DNA of 10,801 nucleotides from Myxococcota bacterium (lineage in GTDB: Bacteria; Myxococcota; SpSt-1050), in NCBI GenBank assembly GCA_049969675.1, contig JBMFOP010000098.1, positions 1-10,801 of the forward strand. The letters are read 5' to 3'. This document shows, one piece after another, positions 6,279 through 10,801 of this stretch (its first letter is position 1; every line of letters starts with the position of its first letter). The position numbers and the translations under genes are program-made. A model generated the notes under the pieces. The model made no database searches. It worked only from the letters and a program-made list of their open reading frames with translations, and was not told the DNA's origin.

Positions 6279-7553
6279 ATGGGAGATATCAAGATTGCAC
6301 TCATCGGTGCGGGCTCAACCTATACACCGGAGTTTATTGATGGGATTATTGAAAAGAATCGTTCACTCAACATCGGTGAGATTGCCTTTTATGATATTGA
6401 TTCAAGGAGACTTGATATACTTTACAACTTCTCTTTGCGAATGGTTGAGAGGAGTAAACAGAAAATAAATATAAATCGTTATACGGATATCAAAAAGGCA
6501 GTGAGTGGTGCAGATTTTATAGTAAATCAGATAAGGGTTGGAGGTCAGAAGGGGAGGATATTTGACGAAAGACTCGGTATATCGCTCGGAATCATCGGTC
6601 AGGAGACGACCGGTATCGGGGGATTTTCAAAGGCGATGAGGACTATCCCGGTAGTGCTTGAGCAGTGTCGTATATATGAGAGATTCGCAAAGAATGCATT
6701 TCTTATTAATTTTACAAATCCATCTGGTATTATTACAGAGTCAATTCTGAGCCATTCAGATATGAGATGTATTGGGCTATGCAATATACCAATAAATCTA
6801 AAGATGGATTTAGCAGGTCATTTTGGTCTATCACCAGACAGGATTGAAATTGATTATATCGGGCTCAACCATCTGGGGTGGGTAAGGGCAATCAGGATTG
6901 GCAAGAAGGTTTTGACATTAAACAATATAAGGGAGACCATCTCAGATTTTTCACCCTCAAATATCCCTGATATGGATTACCCTGGGGAATTACTTGCCGC
7001 ATTAGGTGCATTCCCGGGATATTATCTTAGATACTTCTACCTGAATAAGGAGATGGTTAAAAAGCAGCAAAGAGCCAGATTTACCAGAGGAGAAGAGGTG
7101 TTGAGGATAGAGAGAGAACTCCTGAAGATATACTCTGATAAAAGCGTTAACCAGAAGCCAGCCTTACTCTCAAAGAGAGGTGGTGCATACTATTCAAAGG
7201 TCGCCACTTCAATAATAGATTCCATTGTTAACAACAAGGATGATGTCAATATAGTCAATATTGCAAATGGTGGTGCAATCAAGGGATTTGAGAAAGGTGA
7301 TGTCCTTGAGATGCCTTCTGTAATAGGGAAGAATGGTGCAAGACCAATTAAAAATTCTGTTTCTGATATACATATGTTCTCTTTGATGAAACTGATTAAG
7401 GGATATGAGAGATTGACAATTGAGGCGGCACTTATGAAGAGTTTTAAGAAGGCAGTACAGGCGCTTATAACGAATCCACTCATTATGGATGCAAATATTG
7501 CAATCAAGGCAGTTAATGCAATCAACAGGAGATATAATTTAGGACTTAAATAA
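6279..7553 (+). CDS. Glycoside hydrolase family 4, NAD+/Mn2+-dependent 6-phospho-beta-glucosidase type (CelF/LicH/ChbF-like)
   Basis: KIALIGAGSTYTPE Rossmann motif, QIRVGG, GQETTGIGG, NFTNPSG, GLCNIP (C168), GLNHLGW (H198), YLRYFY and KRGGAYYS. Starts 2 nt after the upstream stop, with SD GAGGT. Confidence 0.92.
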   Translation: MGDIKIALIGAGSTYTPEFIDGIIEKNRSLNIGEIAFYDIDSRRLDILYNFSLRMVERSKQKININRYTDIKKAVSGADFIVNQIRVGGQKGRIFDERLGISLGIIGQETTGIGGFSKAMRTIPVVLEQCRIYERFAKNAFLINFTNPSGIITESILSHSDMRCIGLCNIPINLKMDLAGHFGLSPDRIEIDYIGLNHLGWVRAIRIGKKVLTLNNIRETISDFSPSNIPDMDYPGELLAALGAFPGYYLRYFYLNKEMVKKQQRARFTRGEEVLRIERELLKIYSDKSVNQKPALLSKRGGAYYSKVATSIIDSIVNNKDDVNIVNIANGGAIKGFEKGDVLEMPSVIGKNGARPIKNSVSDIHMFSLMKLIKGYERLTIEAALMKSFKKAVQALITNPLIMDANIAIKAVNAINRRYNLGLK

Positions 7554-7563
7554 GGAGGAGTAT

Positions 7564-8844
7564 ATGAGGCTTGCAATCAACGGTGGAAGACCGATAAGAA
7601 AGAGACCCTTTCCCAAATGGCCCCACTATGATAAAAGCGAGGAGAGATATCTACTTGATGCCTTTCATTCTCATAACTGGGGAGGTTTCCCCTCACCAAA
7701 TAAGTATGCCAGATTATTTGCTGAGAAATTTGCATCATATCACGGGGCAAAATATGGTATCTGTGCAGCCAATGGCACTGTTACACTTGAAGTGGCACTG
7801 AGGGCAGCAGGTGTTACTGCCGGAGATGAGGTAATTGTGCCAGCCCTTACCTGGACAGCAACTGCACTTGCAGCAGTTTATATAAATGCAATCCCTGTAT
7901 TTGCAGATATAGACCCCGAGACATATTGTATTGACCCTGACGATATTGAGCGAAAGATTACAAAGAGGACAAAGGCGATTATCCCGGTGCACCTCGGTTC
8001 AAACATTGCAGATATGGATAGGATAATGCAGATTGCAAGGAGATATAAACTCATTGTCATTGAGGACTGTGCCCATGCCCACGGAGGATTTTATAATAAT
8101 AAAGGAGTTGGCTCAATCGGAGATTTTGGTTCATTTAGTTTCCAGACATCCAAGCTTATGACAGCGGGTGAGGGAGGAATCATTCTCACTTCAAATAAGG
8201 AGTATGCAGAGAGATGTCATTCACTGATTAACTGCGGGAGAAAAGAGAAGGGGTATGATTCATTTAAGGGCTATATGACCGGCTGGAATTATAGAATCTC
8301 TGATCTGCAGGCGGCAGTACTACTTGGACAGATGACCAGGCTTGAGAAGGAGACGATTCACAGAGAGAAGATGGCAAATTACCTGTCTGAAAGACTGTCA
8401 GGGGTGCCGGGTATTCTTCTCTTGAAGAGAGACAAGAAGATTACAAGGCTCCCTATGTATGAATACCTCTTCAGATTTATTGAAGAAGACTGGTATGGTG
8501 TTACAAGAGATGCATTTGTCTCAGCATTAAGTGCAGAAGGGATTCCCTGTGAAGGCGACTTTTATATCCCACTCTATCAGAATCCACTAGTATGGGTGAG
8601 CTCCAAAGACTATCCTATGATAAGAAGGGTATATGGAGATAACATCTTCAATTCCCGTAAATTTATATGTCCTGTCTCAGAGTATGTGGCTTATCATGAA
8701 TCAGTCTGGTTGCATGCATCTTTATTTATGGGCAGCAAATCAGATATAGATGATATCGCAGATGCCATTGAAAAGATAAGGGAGAATATAACTGAGCTCA
8801 GGGATTCTAAGAATATAAAGGTCAGGAGCAGATGGAGGAAGTGA
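7564..8844 (+). CDS. DegT/DnrJ/EryC1/StrS PLP-dependent sugar/cyclitol aminotransferase, RifK/StsC/BtrR-like
   Basis: LAINGG..P.WP N-terminus, NGTVTLEVAL, GDEVIVP, IEDCAHAHG, SFSFQTSKLMTAGEGG (PLP Lys197) and GWNYRIS; SD TAAGGAGG at 7551-7558. Confidence 0.92.
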   Translation: MRLAINGGRPIRKRPFPKWPHYDKSEERYLLDAFHSHNWGGFPSPNKYARLFAEKFASYHGAKYGICAANGTVTLEVALRAAGVTAGDEVIVPALTWTATALAAVYINAIPVFADIDPETYCIDPDDIERKITKRTKAIIPVHLGSNIADMDRIMQIARRYKLIVIEDCAHAHGGFYNNKGVGSIGDFGSFSFQTSKLMTAGEGGIILTSNKEYAERCHSLINCGRKEKGYDSFKGYMTGWNYRISDLQAAVLLGQMTRLEKETIHREKMANYLSERLSGVPGILLLKRDKKITRLPMYEYLFRFIEEDWYGVTRDAFVSALSAEGIPCEGDFYIPLYQNPLVWVSSKDYPMIRRVYGDNIFNSRKFICPVSEYVAYHESVWLHASLFMGSKSDIDDIADAIEKIRENITELRDSKNIKVRSRWRK

Positions 8845-9419
8845 TGAGAACTTTATTCGGTATCTTTTTCTTTCTAATCTCTTCTCAACTTATTGCTTCA
8901 ACACTTGTATATATGGAACCTGAAGACCTTGTAAATAAATCCGAGGTAATTATAAGAGGCACTGTAAGAGATGTTGAGGCCAGATATAATGAGGAGCGGA
9001 CAAAGATCTTTACCTATACAATGATTGATGTAAAGGAGACTATTAAGGGTAAGACCCCACCCATTGTCACTGTTAGAACTTTCGGAGGTAGAGTTGGAGA
9101 TATAAACATGAAGGTTCCTGGTATGCCGGAGTTCAAAAAAGGGGAAGAGGTATTTTTATTCCTTAAGAAGAATGAAGATTTTTACCACGTCTCAGGGATG
9201 ATTCAGGGGAAATATACCATAATAAAAGATGAGAGTGGAAAGGAATTTTTAAAAAATGATTATAAGGGTATCTTCTTTAAGAGAATAAATGCTGAAAATA
9301 AACTTGAGGATATGAACCCAGAAGAAATACCCTCAAAATATGAATATTCTGAATTTATTACAAAATTAAAGGAGATATTGTCAAATAAAGTTCGTGCCTA
9401 TAGGCATTTGTATCAATAA
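8844..9419 (+). CDS. Secreted hypothetical protein, probable TIMP/NTR-like OB-fold domain
   Basis: The better start is ATG 8844 (TGATG overlap with the upstream stop, SD GGAGG at 8834-8838), giving signal peptide MRTLFGIFFFLISSQLIA. Pattern LV..SEVIIRGTV..V...IFT....V.E.IKG......VRTFGG.VG....VPG.P.F..GEEVFLFL. The ORF-track start at 8832 is in the same frame. Confidence 0.75.
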   Translation: MRTLFGIFFFLISSQLIASTLVYMEPEDLVNKSEVIIRGTVRDVEARYNEERTKIFTYTMIDVKETIKGKTPPIVTVRTFGGRVGDINMKVPGMPEFKKGEEVFLFLKKNEDFYHVSGMIQGKYTIIKDESGKEFLKNDYKGIFFKRINAENKLEDMNPEEIPSKYEYSEFITKLKEILSNKVRAYRHLYQ

Positions 9420-9434
9420 ATAAAATAAAACATT

Positions 9435-9486
9435 GAGGGATTAAAAGTGAGACCTCCCTTTGGAAATGGCGGAGCTTCGCTCCACC
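9435..9486. terminator. Hairpins between convergent operons (candidate terminator / REP-like element)
   Basis: Minus strand GGTGGAGC-GAA-GCTCCGCC (9486-9468) lies just after the coaE stop. A second stem AGGGA/TCCCT (9436-9459) is followed on the minus strand by TTTTATTTT. Confidence 0.45.
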
Positions 9487-9489
9487 TCG

Positions 9490-10104
9490 TTATCTGTAAA
9501 TATTCTGAATTTTATATTCAATATTCTTTACCTGCCTTTTTAAATATTCTCTCTGCCCCGAATTATCAATTACAAAGTCAGAGAGTAAAATCTTTATGTA
9601 TTCATCCATCTGAAACATTATCCTCCTTTTTGCCTCGCTATAATCAATCTTTGACCTCTCAATCAATCTATTTATTCTTATATCAAATGGTGCAAAAACA
9701 GTAATGATTCTGTCAAATAATCGCTCAAATCCATTTTCAAATATAATGGCAGATTCTATAAGGGCAAATTTACGAGTGGAATATTTTAATATATTTTCAA
9801 TCTCTACAAATACGAGTGGATGGATAATATCCTCAAGTCTTTTCATAATGCCTTTGTTGGCAAATGCCAATGAGGAGAGTTTCGCTTTATTGAGCCTATT
9901 ATCACTCCCCATTATTTCATTTCCGAGTAGATTTAATAGTAAACTTCTCACCTTCTGATCAGTAATTAAAATTCGCTCGGCAATCTTATCTGAATCAATC
10001 TTCTCAAAATATGATGGGTTGAACATAGAGGCTGCAAGAGACTTCCCGGAGGCGATATTTCCAGTAATACCAATAAGAATCTTTTCATATTTATTTATTA
10101 GCAT
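9490..10104 (-). CDS. coaE: Dephospho-CoA kinase
   Basis: IGITGNIASGKS P-loop, IDSDKIA, L..IIHP.V, R..RL..R, A..RI..Q and DFVIDNSG; length 204 aa. Confidence 0.93.
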   Translation of the reverse strand: MLINKYEKILIGITGNIASGKSLAASMFNPSYFEKIDSDKIAERILITDQKVRSLLLNLLGNEIMGSDNRLNKAKLSSLAFANKGIMKRLEDIIHPLVFVEIENILKYSTRKFALIESAIIFENGFERLFDRIITVFAPFDIRINRLIERSKIDYSEAKRRIMFQMDEYIKILLSDFVIDNSGQREYLKRQVKNIEYKIQNIYR

Positions 10105-10561
10105 ATCTATTCAACCCCATTACGGCGACCAATTTATATTTCTCTGGAATATTTAATAAACTTTCAATCTCTCTATTTTCAAAGACAAAGAACAAATCAG
10201 TCTTAATACCAAGTTCTAAACCCTGTAGCATTATATGTGATATTGCAATCGGGACATCAATTGCATAAAATGGCTGTTCCCTCCGTATATGTCTTATTAT
10301 AAATGGGGCGGCAAGTGCCACAATCACCCTGTTATATTTCTTGGATGTCTTCAAGATCTCACTCAAAAGTCTCTCCCTTATCGCTTCATTGTGAAGAATT
10401 AAGAATCTTGAAATCTGTGAATTATCTGCACTGGGGGCGAGTCTTGCCGCCTTTATTAGAGTAAGTATCTCCTCATCTGAGATTTCTCTTAAATTGTCAG
10501 TCTTTTGATTTGAAATTTTAATCAGATTATCAATAATTGAATTTGAGCAATTATTCATCAT
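10091..10561 (-). CDS. Nitroreductase-family protein (degenerate)
   Basis: I..E.I..LI.AARLAPSADNSQ..RF and YAIDVPIAISHIMLQGLELGI...LLNIPE. Overlaps coaE by 14 nt and the upstream gene by 11 nt. Confidence 0.8.
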   Translation of the reverse strand: MMNNCSNSIIDNLIKISNQKTDNLREISDEEILTLIKAARLAPSADNSQISRFLILHNEAIRERLLSEILKTSKKYNRVIVALAAPFIIRHIRREQPFYAIDVPIAISHIMLQGLELGIKTDLFFVFENREIESLLNIPEKYKLVAVMGLNRYANK

Positions 10562-10801
10562 TTAAGATAAAAGCAGATAAAGGTTTTCTTTTACTGGAGA
10601 GCAGCCTGTTTGCCCAGAAGTCATAGTCGGTTAATCCACTACTCTCTGGTGGATATCCGAGTGTTGAAATGGCAATAATCTCCACATCCTTTTTTATATC
10701 AATACTCTTTTCTATTTCAGAGAGGTTTACACCTGTCATCCAGCAGGTAGCAAGTCCAAGTTCTGTGGCTCTGAGAATCGCAATTTGCATCAGTATGGAT
10801 G
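10551..10801 (-). CDS. Nitroreductase-family protein, 3' part only (runs off the right edge)
   Basis: The frame stays open beyond the ORF-track ATG 10790 to the edge (…SILMQIAILRATELGLATCWM…). Motifs L.ATELGLATCW, LGYP and RKPL are typical of a nitroreductase C-terminus. Confidence 0.85.
   Translation of the reverse strand, partial: SILMQIAILRATELGLATCWMTGVNLSEIEKSIDIKKDVEIIAISTLGYPPESSGLTDYDFWANRLLSSKRKPLSAFILNDE

Noticed and set aside
5668..8060. Short ORFs 5668-6012, 5906-6103, 6599-6784, 7190-7576, 7735-7992 and 7878-8060
   Set aside because: They are alternative-frame or antisense shadows of the barrel, GH4 and aminotransferase genes.
7564..8844. Calling the aminotransferase rifK/AHBA synthase or part of an antibiotic or O-antigen cluster
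   Set aside because: There are no aminoshikimate, PKS, DOI synthase, NDP-sugar or glycosyltransferase genes in the window; similarity supports only the subfamily.
9447..9958. Plus-strand ORFs 9447-9704 and 9704-9958
   Set aside because: They are antisense to coaE and have no recognisable motifs.

Overview
AT-rich chromosomal window from a diderm bacterium. The Asp-rich-linker lipoproteins and GCDCGG motif are reminiscent of Myxococcota/deltaproteobacteria, which is an inference only. From left to right: (i) the 5' end of a minus-strand lipoprotein gene missed by the ORF track; (ii) a PflX-like radical SAM gene with an apparently frameshift-disconnected Tat/lipoprotein-like leader; (iii) a minus-strand lipoprotein GH31 glycosidase; (iv) a 453-bp structured divergent intergenic region with a heptamer tandem array, nested inverted repeats, a long G-U-containing stem and a palindrome over a -10 box; (v) a tightly coupled four-gene operon encoding a COG4313-like outer-membrane barrel, a GH4 6-phospho-beta-glucosidase, a RifK/StsC/BtrR-like DegT aminotransferase and a secreted TIMP/OB-fold-like protein; (vi) a convergent operon end with two nitroreductase-family genes and coaE. 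The most interesting candidate system is the GH31 / barrel / GH4 / aminotransferase cluster, which may be an undescribed 3-keto-/3-amino-sugar (kanosamine- or aminocyclitol-type) pathway. All family assignments come from motif recognition by eye; no database searches were run.
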